Counted from the first letter of the stretch, positions 50,338-60,378 are shown. The stretch: 64,000 nucleotides of DNA from Nitrospirales bacterium (GCA_965223295.1 CBDCWC010000002.1:1184001-1248000); one strand, 5' to 3'. Notes: generated by a model from the letters alone, not told the origin. Numbers and translations: made by a program.

Positions 50338-51399
50338 TTACCCACCCCTGGAATGCATTTCTAAACGAGGATCTTCGCGTAACCGCTCAATCTCAATATA
50401 CCGCCCCCGGCCCGTGCTAGACTCCAACTCTTTGCGTTCCTCGGCACCGCGATCTCGGCGAGTCTCCCACACCGAGTGAATCATCGACACCAAATCCTTG
50501 CGTGAACGGCGATCTCGAATGGGTTTACGTAAATCCAAACCAGTCTTTGCATAAAGACAGAGATACCACATCCCATCCGCAGTCAAACGGCTACGGTCAC
50601 AGGTTGAACAAAAAGGCATGGTTGTGGAGGGAATAATTCCAAAGATCGTACTATCTGGAAGTCGGAAGCGTTGCGCCGGAGCGGAACTTGATTCATGAAC
50701 AGGTTCAATTGGCCCATAGTATCGACAGAGGATATCAAGAATCTCTTTGCGCGAAAGAACTTTATCCGGCGACCAATCATTCGCTCCACCTACATCCATA
50801 TATTCAATGAAACGCACTTCGCCGTTCACCCGCTTGCCATACTCAATCAATGGAATCAATTCGTCGTCGTTATAGCCTTTCATCGCCACCGTGTCTAATT
50901 TTAGACCTCGAAACCCAACGTGTCCAACAGATTCAATGCCTTCAAAAACCTGCGCTAAGGAATCTCGTCGGGTCAAAGCCTTAAACCGTTCTGGCTTTAA
51001 GGTATCTAAACTCACTGTAATACGGTGCAAGCCTGCATCAAAAAGATTCTGCGCATACTCATAAAGCAACACACCATTCGTCGTCATCGCAATATCTTGA
51101 ATTCGAGTATTTTTCTGAAGCATCCCAATCAATGACGCTAAATCTTTCCGGAGAAGCGGTTCGCCTCCCGTAATACGAACGCGATCCACTCCCTGCTCTG
51201 AAAACAGCTCCGTCAAGAAGACAATCTCTTTAAAAGTCAGTAAGGTTTCACGAGGCAACCACATATAGTCTTCTTCTGGCATACAATACTGACAGCGCAA
51301 ATTACAGCGGTCTGTGACCGACACACGAAGCGATCGTAAGGGGCGCCCCCACAAATCCTTGACGGGATCAGGTAACACGAGTGCCTCACTCATGGACAT
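50338..51399 (-). CDS. moaA: GTP 3',8-cyclase MoaA
   Basis: LRVSVTDRCNLRCQYCMP, TGGEP, FCSTCDRSRL, C-terminal GG. Confidence 0.96.
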   Translation of the reverse strand: MSMSEALVLPDPVKDLWGRPLRSLRVSVTDRCNLRCQYCMPEEDYMWLPRETLLTFKEIVFLTELFSEQGVDRVRITGGEPLLRKDLASLIGMLQKNTRIQDIAMTTNGVLLYEYAQNLFDAGLHRITVSLDTLKPERFKALTRRDSLAQVFEGIESVGHVGFRGLKLDTVAMKGYNDDELIPLIEYGKRVNGEVRFIEYMDVGGANDWSPDKVLSRKEILDILCRYYGPIEPVHESSSAPAQRFRLPDSTIFGIIPSTTMPFCSTCDRSRLTADGMWYLCLYAKTGLDLRKPIRDRRSRKDLVSMIHSVWETRRDRGAEERKELESSTGRGRYIEIERLREDPRLEMHSRGG

Positions 51400-51842
51400 T
51401 AAGGATGTTCCTCAACCCACACTTCGCCTTCAGGAGTGGTTTCCATTTTCCAGATAGGCGTAATTTTCTTCAATTCGTCGATACACCACTGACAGGCCTT
51501 AAAGGCGTCGGCCCGGTGCTCAGCCCCAACAATAATTAACACGATATTTTCACCAATCTCGATAGGCCCGTACCGATGCAGCATTAACGCTTCGATAATA
51601 TCGAAATCCCGTAAGGCCTGCTCACGAATCTCCTTGAGTTTCTTCTGCGCCATTCCCTCATAATGCTCAAAACTCATCGAACTGACGTCGCGCCCTTTGG
51701 ACCGATCGCGGGCTGTCCCCAAAAACGTCGCAATGCCTCCAATACGTCGAGATCGGGACCGAACACGATCAAGCTCAGCATCAATCGAAAAATTTTCCTG
51801 CTGCACACGAACCAACATGCTCTCTTCAACTTGCACCGTCAT
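51399..51842 (-). CDS. moaE: Molybdopterin synthase catalytic subunit
   Basis: ATFLGTAR, HRYG, HRADAF, PIWKME. Confidence 0.94.
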   Translation of the reverse strand: MTVQVEESMLVRVQQENFSIDAELDRVRSRSRRIGGIATFLGTARDRSKGRDVSSMSFEHYEGMAQKKLKEIREQALRDFDIIEALMLHRYGPIEIGENIVLIIVGAEHRADAFKACQWCIDELKKITPIWKMETTPEGEVWVEEHP

Positions 51843-51894
51843 AATAGGTTACTCCTCTCTCATGCCGCACGTTTCATGTCAACTAACATGCGCC

Positions 51895-52146
51895 TCAGGC
51901 ACCCCCTGCAAACGGTGGCAGTAAGGCCACCTCATCAGCCTCAGCCAATACTGTATCCCAATGGGCAATATCTTGATTCACTGACACGACAACTTTCTTT
52001 TTACGTAACAATTCCCCAATTTGTGGATACTCGGCCTGCAAACAGTCAACCAAATCCTTGACGGGCTTGCCAGCAGGAAACGTCACATCCAATTCTTGAT
52101 GGCCCGGAACCATCGTTTTCAACATGCCAAACAATCGTATTTTCAT
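51895..52146 (-). CDS. moaD: Molybdopterin synthase sulfur carrier
   Basis: VSVN, DEVALLPPFAGG(A). Confidence 0.9.
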   Translation of the reverse strand: MKIRLFGMLKTMVPGHQELDVTFPAGKPVKDLVDCLQAEYPQIGELLRKKKVVVSVNQDIAHWDTVLAEADEVALLPPFAGGA

Positions 52147-52185
52147 AAGCCACCACCCAATTGTCGTACTTGAATACGAACGCTC

Positions 52186-52689
52186 TTATTCAACATGTTG
52201 CTCTCGTGTATAAGTGCCAGACTTCCCTCCCGACTTGGAAACCAAAGCAATCTCACCAAACTCCATACCCTTATCGATGGCTTTACACATGTCATAGATC
52301 GTCAGCGCAGCAACGGACACGGCTGTCAGGGCTTCCATCTCCACCCCGGTATTACCCGCAGTTTTTACCGTAGCTCGAATGGTAATCGTACAACGTCCCG
52401 CGTCATTCGGATGAACCTCCTCCTCAAAATCCACATCCACATTTGTCAACAACAGCGGATGACACATTGGAATTAAGTCAGGTGTACGCTTCGCCCCCAT
52501 GACTCCAGCAACCTGAGCCACCGCCAAAACATCACCCTTTGCAATTCGTCCTGCTTGAATTTTTTCGAGAGTTTCTGGAAGAAGAAACACTTTCCCCTCA
52601 GCCACGGCCACCCGCTCAGTGGGCACTTTGTGAGTGACATCCACCATTCGAGCTCGCCCGGCTTCATTAAAATGGGTAAGGTTTCCCAT
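52186..52689 (-). CDS. moaC: Cyclic pyranopterin monophosphate synthase MoaC
   Basis: [38 protein letters not shown]. Confidence 0.96.
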   Translation of the reverse strand: MGNLTHFNEAGRARMVDVTHKVPTERVAVAEGKVFLLPETLEKIQAGRIAKGDVLAVAQVAGVMGAKRTPDLIPMCHPLLLTNVDVDFEEEVHPNDAGRCTITIRATVKTAGNTGVEMEALTAVSVAALTIYDMCKAIDKGMEFGEIALVSKSGGKSGTYTREQHVE

Positions 52690-52738
52690 AACGAGTCGTA
52701 GATCATGAAGAAGAAAAAATTATCTAAAAAATCAATCA

Positions 52739-52820
52739 AGTATAGAGAGCTAAGAAAAACATCGTCAAGCAACCAGAATCGGGCATTTCACTTGACAAGG
52801 TGAGGCAATGCTCCTATAAG
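52739..52820. promoter_or_regulatory. Divergent sigma70-type promoters (moaC and DsrE-like gene)
   Basis: Minus TTGACG-N18-TATACT (52768-52739); plus TTGACA-N17-TATAAG (52792-52820). Confidence 0.65.
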
Positions 52821-52858
52821 TCACCTGTCATCTCTTTGAATGTAGGGAACTTTTTCTC

Positions 52859-53212
52859 ATGCCTGATCCAGCCACCTCGTCCACCCCCTCATTAGCTGGG
52901 AAAAAACTGGGCCTTCTCCTTTCCACCGCGCCAGATCATCCAAATGCCGAGACCGTCTACCAGCTTTCTAAGACAGCTTTAGATAATAAGGTAGACACCT
53001 ACCTATATTTTATTGATGAAGGGGTTCTGAACCTGAAGGACGCCAGATTTATTGAATTAGCCAAGGAAGGATTAAAACTCTTCGTCTGCGCCTATGGCTG
53101 TCAGCAACATAACCTTTCAACAGATGGCTATGGCAAAGAAGTCAATTTTTGCGGCCTCGTCATTCTCTCCAACATCATCGACGGCTGCGACCGCTTCCTC
53201 GCCTTCAACTAA
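52859..53212 (+). CDS. DsrE/TusD-like sulfur-relay family protein
   Basis: LLLSTAP, LYFIDEGV, LFVCAYG, CDRFLAF pattern. Confidence 0.75.
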   Translation: MPDPATSSTPSLAGKKLGLLLSTAPDHPNAETVYQLSKTALDNKVDTYLYFIDEGVLNLKDARFIELAKEGLKLFVCAYGCQQHNLSTDGYGKEVNFCGLVILSNIIDGCDRFLAFN

Positions 53213-53234
53213 CCACAAACAAACCATTAATAAC

Positions 53235-53280
53235 AATAGGGGTCAGACTCGAATTAATTAATTTGAGTCTGACCCCTGTT
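53235..53280. repeat. REP-like palindrome / bidirectional hairpin between convergent genes
   Basis: aataggggtcagactcgaatta-at-taatttgagtctgacccctgtt; 22-bp stem with two G-U pairs. Confidence 0.75.
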
Positions 53281-53293
53281 AGAAAAAGACAGT

Positions 53294-54316
53294 TTATCGC
53301 TGGGCGTCGGGTTTCCAGCTTAAGCCAATATTGAGGATTCGTTGAATCAGAGCCTCATAGGACATGCCAGCGCGTTCCGCAGATTCGGCCAGATCTTCCC
53401 CATAGGCAAGTTGCGCATTGGGATTGGCCTCAAGAAAGTAGAGACGATTCTTCGCATCCAAGCGAAAATCCATCCGTGCATACCCATTGAGCCCTAAAAT
53501 ATGATAGGCACGCTTGGCCGTGCGCTGAATAGCACGTACCCGTTTAGGACTTAATCCCTCAACCTCTCCGGATTGGATATCATATTTTTTTTGATATTTC
53601 ACACTCCATTTGACCCGCGCCGTGGCAATCGGCGACGCATCAGGCGGAAGATTTTTCAGATCCAACTCCCATACAGGCAATACTTGCAGCCGTCGATTTC
53701 CCAAGACGCCCACATAGAGTTCCCGCCCTTCAATATACCGTTCTGCTATGGCACTGGTTCCAACATTTTGATGAACAAATTCCACACGCTCTTTGAGTTT
53801 TTCTTCATCATGCACGATGGAGGCTTGCGAGATGCCCAAAGAGGCCTCTTCACTGATGGACTTCACAATGACAGGGAATGGAAATTCTCCTGTCCATTTG
53901 ATTGCTCTTCCAATAGGGAATACAGCAAAATCCGGACAGCGAATACCATGATAGGCCATAATTTTTTTCGACCACCCTTTGTCACGCGTCAGCACCAAAC
54001 CTTTAGGGTTACAGCCGGTATAGGGTACGCCTAAGAGTTCCAAATACGACACAACATTTTGATCAAATTCAGGATTTCCATTGAATTCTTCTAATAAATT
54101 AAAAGCAATGTGTGGCTTCCAATCGTTCACGATTTGATCGATGACTCGCAAATCATCTCGAACTCCCAATGCTGTCACATCATGACCTAAATCCGTGAGC
54201 GTCGTGAGCACATCAAACTCCGTTTTCCATTCCACCAAAGCCAGATCGACACCTTCCGGATTATCCGGTGGCACCAAATCTTGATGCATGAGGACCATGA
54301 CTCGAAGTTTTCTCAT
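53294..54316 (-). CDS. ATP-grasp ligase, D-Ala-D-Ala ligase-like
   Basis: FNLLE, LELLGVPYTG, DK..SK, PVIVK...EASLGI, ERYIEGRE, YARMDFR, LEANPN; lacks the Ddl GG.S.E.EVS N-terminus. Confidence 0.85.
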   Translation of the reverse strand: MRKLRVMVLMHQDLVPPDNPEGVDLALVEWKTEFDVLTTLTDLGHDVTALGVRDDLRVIDQIVNDWKPHIAFNLLEEFNGNPEFDQNVVSYLELLGVPYTGCNPKGLVLTRDKGWSKKIMAYHGIRCPDFAVFPIGRAIKWTGEFPFPVIVKSISEEASLGISQASIVHDEEKLKERVEFVHQNVGTSAIAERYIEGRELYVGVLGNRRLQVLPVWELDLKNLPPDASPIATARVKWSVKYQKKYDIQSGEVEGLSPKRVRAIQRTAKRAYHILGLNGYARMDFRLDAKNRLYFLEANPNAQLAYGEDLAESAERAGMSYEALIQRILNIGLSWKPDAQR

Positions 54317-55356
54317 AGGACCAATCGATGCCTGCCTCCATGCAGATAATTCATGGTCTGCACAGTTAACAAAATCGTGAAATCAACTTTGGCTCGCTCC
54401 TCAGGTATCGCCAACCGCAAGTTTTTTTTCCGGCAATGGGCAATCATATCTCGTAACACTTGATCGATGGTGTATTGATACTCTCCGGTCCATTCCGCAA
54501 CTTTGCGCCGCACCTCCTTCCGAAATTTGCGAATAAAGGATGCGGCTGTCGGATGCTCCGTTTTCTCAGGATCGCCTGAAAACAATCGCCGTAAATCGCG
54601 GTCATAAAAATTGGGATAATTGAGCCCATAACGTTCCCGCTTACTTTCATAGTGTTCACGTAACGTTTTTTGGAGACGTCCAATGGGATCGACACGTTCT
54701 TTTTTGGTCACAATCGGCGGGACACCGACCAATTCCTTCATCAGCCCATCCACGTATTCCAATTTTTTGAGCGCTGGCCACCCAGCATACCGCTCCCGCC
54801 AGTGAGACCCTGGAGTCAACCAGACGGCAAAGGTTTCGGCAAAATCTTCATCGGGATGACTTTGGGCATACCACATATCAAGATGCAGAACGAAACTTTT
54901 ACTGTAGGGCTTGGGAAGATAACAGTCGGGGTACGGCACTGAACTTTTCCCAAACATCTTCTGGCGGGTGCGGCGGCGGCGCAAATGATAGGCATTTTCA
55001 ATGGCATGACCGGTTTCATGACGAAGGATACGCATGCACCCATCAACGGTTCCACCTTCAATTTCCAACATTTGGTTGAGCTCTAACTTCGCCAGCCGCG
55101 GGTGAGCCATATAAAATGGGGCCGCCAATCCTGGCACCCCGTCAGGAGAATACCAGTCATCCGATAACCACACATGCGGACGAAAAGTGAGTCCCTGAGC
55201 CTGGAGCTCCCTGCCCAATTGTCTCACACACTTATTAAGTTCCGTCCCCGGAATTCGCAATTTCAAATCGCAAATTCGGAGATCTAGAAGCTGTTCATCA
55301 GACAAAGAGACCCAATCAGGTTGATCTGATTGTCTATCCTTAGCACTACCCGACAT
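54313..55356 (-). CDS. Putative zinc-binding metallopeptidase (zincin, Peptidase_Mx-like)
   Basis: ILRHETGHAI (HExxH) and YAQSHPDEDFAETFAVW. Confidence 0.8.
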   Translation of the reverse strand: MSGSAKDRQSDQPDWVSLSDEQLLDLRICDLKLRIPGTELNKCVRQLGRELQAQGLTFRPHVWLSDDWYSPDGVPGLAAPFYMAHPRLAKLELNQMLEIEGGTVDGCMRILRHETGHAIENAYHLRRRRTRQKMFGKSSVPYPDCYLPKPYSKSFVLHLDMWYAQSHPDEDFAETFAVWLTPGSHWRERYAGWPALKKLEYVDGLMKELVGVPPIVTKKERVDPIGRLQKTLREHYESKRERYGLNYPNFYDRDLRRLFSGDPEKTEHPTAASFIRKFRKEVRRKVAEWTGEYQYTIDQVLRDMIAHCRKKNLRLAIPEERAKVDFTILLTVQTMNYLHGGRHRLVL

Positions 55357-55852
55357 GAGTTCAAGAGTCCCTTACAATGTCATCAGGCAAATGCCGATGA
55401 CATTGCCTGTTGTCAATTCGCTTGCCCATAAGAAGGCTCTTCATATGTGTACCATAAAATATCCAAAGCTTTATGACTAGTCATCAATACATCCCCGTCA
55501 ATTTTTCGAAGCATTGGATTCTTTAAAGAGATCAAAAATTCTGATAGTGCGGCCTTTAACATTTTTTAAAATTGTTGGACAATATTCATAGCTTTTCGGC
55601 CGTCAGCTATGGTAGATTTCGCGTCCTTTTTCTCGAAGATTTTTTCAATCATTGCTCACCATTTATTCTAGGCAATTCCGTTTTCATTATTAATTTATTT
55701 TCCACGTCGAAACTTTTTGAGGAATGATTCATCTCTCGTGATTTACCACATATCACAACGATGTCTCGTGTCGTTCTTTCATGCTGCATTCAGCAACTAA
55801 CTCGATCGCCACTCCTCCTGAAGTGAGACTAGATGCCCTATGGAGTCCCTCT

Positions 55853-56005
55853 ATGCATACTTGCGAAAAATGTCAGGGAAGCATGTTATTGGATCGGGAG
55901 GTAGACATGGAATCAGGCATGTCACTACTGGTGTTCGTCTGCATCAATTGCGGACGACGGAAACAAGCTGAACGCGCACCCATTCCTTTAATTAAGGTGT
56001 CGTAA
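55853..56005 (+). CDS. Small zinc-ribbon protein
   Basis: GGAG then MHTCEKCQGSM...CINCG. Confidence 0.65.
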   Translation: MHTCEKCQGSMLLDREVDMESGMSLLVFVCINCGRRKQAERAPIPLIKVS

Positions 56006-56091
56006 CGCACCTTATTCCAGAACTTTGCGTTGTCTCACAAAACAGGGCATCTTGAGCTTGAACGAATTTCTAGCAGTCGGCGTTAGATACA

Positions 56092-56212
56092 GGGCCTGTT
56101 GAAAAAAGCCGCCAGCAGCGTTCTCGCCATTGTTCCGTGCTCACGTACTGCCAGTACGCTCCGCGCGCAAAAATGACTGTGGCCTTGCTGGACGACATTT
56201 TTGAACAGCCCC
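56092..56212. mobile_element. MITE-like/structured repeat element 2
   Basis: TIRs gggcctgttgaaaaa / tttttgaacagcccc (13/15); internal hairpin cgtactg-c-cagtacg. Confidence 0.7.
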
Positions 56213-56440
56213 GATGCTGGTGATGGCGAAACCGCTTCCGGGCGAAATATGGCCCTTGATATCTTCATTATTCAACACTCCCATACAGTGATCCGCACGA
56301 TCCTCTCTAACACACCCCAAGAAAGGACAGTGCCTGCTCGTCTTATCAACTCTCAGGGCAGTGAGATTTTTTTAGAAAGGAATCGAACTCAGAAGACGTA
56401 GAAGACTGGAGAAACGGGGCATAAAAGCCTTGAGGATGAT

Positions 56441-56977
56441 CTAGGGATCAGCGTCTAATTCCATATTCCAATACAGATAATCCCGCCAACTTTCTGGAGC
56501 ATTTCGAATGCCGATCATAAGCGTAAGTCGCGGCGTCCATTTTGGCTTGATAGGCTCCTTCAACAACTTCATGCCAGCTTCCTTGGGAGTCCTGCCACTT
56601 TTTCGATTATTACAACGCCAACAGGCCGTCACAATATTTTCCCAAGTTTTCCGTCCCTCTTTGGCAATCGGCACGACATGATCGAAGGTCAATTCCTCGG
56701 TTCGAAACTTCTTATAACAATATTGGCAAGTATACCGATCACGCGTAAAGATATTAATCCGTGAAAATTTGACAGCATGATGATGAGAACGTAGCTTCAC
56801 AAAGTTGAGCAGCCGCATGACTGAAGGCAGTTTGAAGGAGATAGACACACCACGGATGTCCCTATCATAAAACTCGAGGACCTCAACCTTGCCTTGCCAC
56901 AACAAGCTGATGGCTTTTTGCCAATGAACCACTCGTAGCGGTTCATAGGAAGCATTGAGCAGTAACGTCATTTCCAT
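56441..56977 (-). CDS. HNH endonuclease family protein
   Basis: LLLNASYEPL, RDRYTCQYC, TFDHVVP, WENIVTACWRCNNRK. Confidence 0.92.
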   Translation of the reverse strand: MEMTLLLNASYEPLRVVHWQKAISLLWQGKVEVLEFYDRDIRGVSISFKLPSVMRLLNFVKLRSHHHAVKFSRINIFTRDRYTCQYCYKKFRTEELTFDHVVPIAKEGRKTWENIVTACWRCNNRKSGRTPKEAGMKLLKEPIKPKWTPRLTLMIGIRNAPESWRDYLYWNMELDADP

Positions 56978-57122
56978 AATGAGCGACTCACAAACATACA
57001 GAATTTGGCAAAACTCTTTTCGTATATCATCCGGTTATGAAGAGAATCAAGGGCATGATTCCTTGAGTTGTGACGTCAAGAAGAAATTGCTAAAATGAAG
57101 GATTTTCGTCGGTACGATCCCT

Positions 57123-57452
57123 ATGCCCTTAAATTTCATCTCTATTGCCAAGATCACAGATCTTCCACCTGGCACTTGTACAAGCATTGAACTCGAAGAT
57201 TTGGGCATTGCACTTTTTAACATTGAGGGGGAAATTTATGCCCTTGATAATACCTGTCCGCATGCCGGCGGTCCGTTAGGGGAAGGCAGCATTGAAGGAG
57301 AGTATGTCGCCTGTCCCTGGCATGGGTGGAAATTTCATATCCCCACCGGCACATGCCAGAAGAATCCTACTCCAAGCTTAAATGTCCCGTGCTTCGACGT
57401 TCGCATCATTGACGGAACTATCCAAATTGCCAAGCCATCTCCACCGGCATAA
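57123..57452 (+). CDS. Rieske [2Fe-2S] ferredoxin (NirD-like)
   Basis: CPHAGGPL, ACPWHGW. Confidence 0.92.
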   Translation: MPLNFISIAKITDLPPGTCTSIELEDLGIALFNIEGEIYALDNTCPHAGGPLGEGSIEGEYVACPWHGWKFHIPTGTCQKNPTPSLNVPCFDVRIIDGTIQIAKPSPPA

Positions 57453-57894
57453 GCAAAAAGGAAATTTCTTCCTGATGCGGGAGGGGCGGCAAGTTTTCAA
57501 AGGGCATTAACTGCTGAGCCGCTAACGAAATCACGCGAATTGACTTCTCCTTCATATCCACCCGCCAAGCAAACTCCCGCTCAATCCACCCCGTTTCTCC
57601 CTTCTCTCGAACAATCTTTCTGATCATAAATTTCTGATCTTTTTGAGGTGCAACCTGCCAGTCTTCTTCGCGATAGGGCACCCCTTTCTTCTGTAGTCCA
57701 TCAACAAACAGTTGGAGTGATTCTTCCAGGGTATAGCCCTCACGGGATAAATGATGTTGCACGAGTTCCAATGCTTCTCTCGCCACAGGATCGGTATCTT
57801 GCAACCGCGCCGCCGTCGGCTGAAGCACGTGAGACGCTACCCACATTACCGTTAAAAGTACAACGATAACCGCAGCACCAACGATCTTTTTCAT
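57418..57894 (-). CDS. Hypothetical membrane-anchored protein
   Basis: MKK plus TM helix then soluble domain; 3' end overlaps the Rieske gene. Confidence 0.55.
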   Translation of the reverse strand: MKKIVGAAVIVVLLTVMWVASHVLQPTAARLQDTDPVAREALELVQHHLSREGYTLEESLQLFVDGLQKKGVPYREEDWQVAPQKDQKFMIRKIVREKGETGWIEREFAWRVDMKEKSIRVISLAAQQLMPFENLPPLPHQEEISFLLMPVEMAWQFG

Positions 57895-58073
57895 ATGAGC
57901 TGCCACGCTGGTATTCTTTCTAAAAGTCTTTAATTGGCACTCCAGATCTACTACGTCTTTTATACCACAAAAGTCTCTACGACCGCTGCCTCTCTCCCAG
58001 AACCTCAATCAGCCTAAAGCAATTGCGCAGAAACATCTCCAAAGCTCGTAGCTTCATTCAAATTTCATTGACA

Positions 58074-59198
58074 TCACCTTCGTAATATCTTTTTGAGCGC
58101 ATGAACAAGTCGTTGATTTTCTCGCTTTCGTCGAATCGCAAACCGAAGTGCGGGGACACTCATCCCAGAGAAGTTTTGACAATCTCTGACCAAGATGCCT
58201 TGATCCAGTAGCCGAGCCACAATTTCTTCCGAGCGGCGACAATCAACAATTTCTACCATGACAAAATTGGTATCGGTAGGCAGAACCCGCAAACCAGGGA
58301 TAGCCCGCAACTCTCCTAAAAAACGAGGACGTTCTTGCTCCATAAAACTTAGACTTTTCTTTCGAAAACTCACTTGACTAAGGGCCGTCATTCCCGCAGC
58401 CTGAGCCACATGATTGACTGACCAAGGAGGTAGATGCTTCTGTATTGATTCCACGACAGCTTGTTGGCCAACAAGATAACCAAGACGGATACCTGGAATG
58501 GAAAAAAACTTGGTGAAGCTGCGGAGAATCAGTAGTCGAGAATAGACGGAAATGTCCTTAATAAGTGAATGAGATGGGCACCAATCCATAAAGGCTTCAT
58601 CCACAATAATCCAGGATCCTATTTGATGGACTTGTCGAACAAGTTTTCGCATGTGTCGGAGTGAAATACGTTGCCCCGTTGGACTATTTGGATTACACAC
58701 AAACACTGCACGATTGAGCCTGCTCGGTTTGCCACACTTCTTGCGATACGCCAACTCCCATTCTTCAAGAACTTCCTGCAGTTTTTCGCGCGGAAGGGAA
58801 TACCGTTGGGCCGAATCTGCATTAACCGCGGTCCATCTTACTCCTGCTAATTGAAGCGAATGTTCGAATTCTGAAAAAGTGGGACCGACGATACAGGCAT
58901 ATCGCAGCCCAAGCGCTCTTGGAAGGAATCGAATGAGTTCTACCGAGCCATTGGCTACAAGAATGGATTGCTGAGAAATCTGATGTTCATGAGCCAATCG
59001 CGCGCGAAGATCTTCTGAAGACGAGTCAGGGTAGTGCTGACAACCATTCACTGCCTCGTGCATAGTTTGCAACACCGATGGCGGTGGACCTAGTGGATTT
59101 AAACTCGCACTAAAGTCCAGAAGGGTCTCGACAGGTCGCCCTAGTCGTTCGGCAACTTGATAAATCTGCCCGCCATGAGCACCAGCATCTTTCACCAC
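58074..59198 (-). CDS. cobD: Threonine-phosphate decarboxylase
   Basis: HGG, DFSASLNP, CNPNSPTG, VDEAF, RSFTKFFSIPGIRLGY; cob context. Confidence 0.9.
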   Translation of the reverse strand: MVKDAGAHGGQIYQVAERLGRPVETLLDFSASLNPLGPPPSVLQTMHEAVNGCQHYPDSSSEDLRARLAHEHQISQQSILVANGSVELIRFLPRALGLRYACIVGPTFSEFEHSLQLAGVRWTAVNADSAQRYSLPREKLQEVLEEWELAYRKKCGKPSRLNRAVFVCNPNSPTGQRISLRHMRKLVRQVHQIGSWIIVDEAFMDWCPSHSLIKDISVYSRLLILRSFTKFFSIPGIRLGYLVGQQAVVESIQKHLPPWSVNHVAQAAGMTALSQVSFRKKSLSFMEQERPRFLGELRAIPGLRVLPTDTNFVMVEIVDCRRSEEIVARLLDQGILVRDCQNFSGMSVPALRFAIRRKRENQRLVHALKKILRR

Positions 59199-60148
59199 AG
59201 TGTGACCATCATCATACAGACGATGAGAACAAAGATGGCGGCCACCGTGATTAACCGAAGAGCAAGGGGAATGAACGCGGGGACCAAGAGACGTTCTGAG
59301 TCTCCAAGCTTTGCCCGTTCCTCAACAATACCTTCATAGTGATTGACTCCGCCTAACTGAACACCAAGCGCACCAGCCATCGCAGCCTCAGGCCACCCGC
59401 TATTAGGGCTGGGATGTTTGGACGCATCACGCCAACACATGCGCCAGGCTTTTTTCCCTCTTCCCTCATACAAAGCGGCAGCAAGACAAAGACTTACCGC
59501 GGTGAGACGCGCTGGAATCCAGTTCATCACATCATCCAAACGTGCTGCCGCCCATCCAATATCACGATATCGCACATTGCGATAGCCAACCATCGAGTCC
59601 AACGTATTCACAGCCTTATAAGCCATCGCCAGAGCTGGACCGCCGAGCACCAGATAAAACAAGGGCGCGACGATTCCATCTGACGAACTTTCAGCCACAG
59701 ATTCAACCGTTGCTCGAACAACGTCACTTTCTGAGAGTTGAGCTGTGTCACGGCCCACTAACCGACTGACAGCGAACCTTGCATCCGACAACTCCTGTTT
59801 GGTTATCGCCTGATACACACACATAGCATGATCCCATAAATCCCGAGCGGCTAAGGTGGTGTAGCCCAAGACAACCCATGCCAAAATTCCTAATCCTTGA
59901 TTCAACGAATTGATCCATCCAATTAATTCTTGAACTAGAACATAACATCCAGATGGCAATCCGAGTGCCAACACCACCCCTGCCACCCTCTTCCCAAGAT
60001 GGCTTTTGCATATGGTAGAAATTAGCTCTTCATACCGATTAATCGTCGCCCCTATTAGACGAACAGGATGCGGCACCCAGCAGGGATCTCCCAGAACCAT
60101 ATCCATTAGACACACAGCCAAAATTTTTGAACCCAGGACAAACTCCAT
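59192..60148 (-). CDS. cbiB: Adenosylcobinamide-phosphate synthase
   Basis: GDP..PHPV, VGRDT, ESVAESSSDG, YKAVNTLDSMVGY, SPNSGWPEAAMA. Confidence 0.94.
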   Translation of the reverse strand: MEFVLGSKILAVCLMDMVLGDPCWVPHPVRLIGATINRYEELISTICKSHLGKRVAGVVLALGLPSGCYVLVQELIGWINSLNQGLGILAWVVLGYTTLAARDLWDHAMCVYQAITKQELSDARFAVSRLVGRDTAQLSESDVVRATVESVAESSSDGIVAPLFYLVLGGPALAMAYKAVNTLDSMVGYRNVRYRDIGWAAARLDDVMNWIPARLTAVSLCLAAALYEGRGKKAWRMCWRDASKHPSPNSGWPEAAMAGALGVQLGGVNHYEGIVEERAKLGDSERLLVPAFIPLALRLITVAAIFVLIVCMMMVTLW

Positions 60149-60153
60149 GGGCG

Positions 60154-60360
60154 TTACATTGCAGGATCGCTTGAAGACGAAAACGGTGGAGACTGTGTGA
60201 TGGAAGACAAACAGGCCGGACACAAACAATCATGATATTGTTTGACGATCTTCTCATATTGACTATCGTTCACAGCAAACTCTCCACACCAGCATTGGGA
60301 CAGACCACATTTAAACCCCTCACCACATCGCTCACACGTTTTGGGATACATGCGACCCAT
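60154..60360 (-). CDS. Cysteine-rich CWC-family small protein
   Basis: CERCGEGFKCG...CWC...DCLCPACL. Confidence 0.8.
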   Translation of the reverse strand: MGRMYPKTCERCGEGFKCGLSQCWCGEFAVNDSQYEKIVKQYHDCLCPACLSSITQSPPFSSSSDPAM

Positions 60361-60378
60361 TCTACTTCCCTCGAGGTT

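Noticed and set aside
53294-54316. Naming this gene ddl
   Set aside because: Missing canonical Ddl N-terminal motif and cell-wall gene context.
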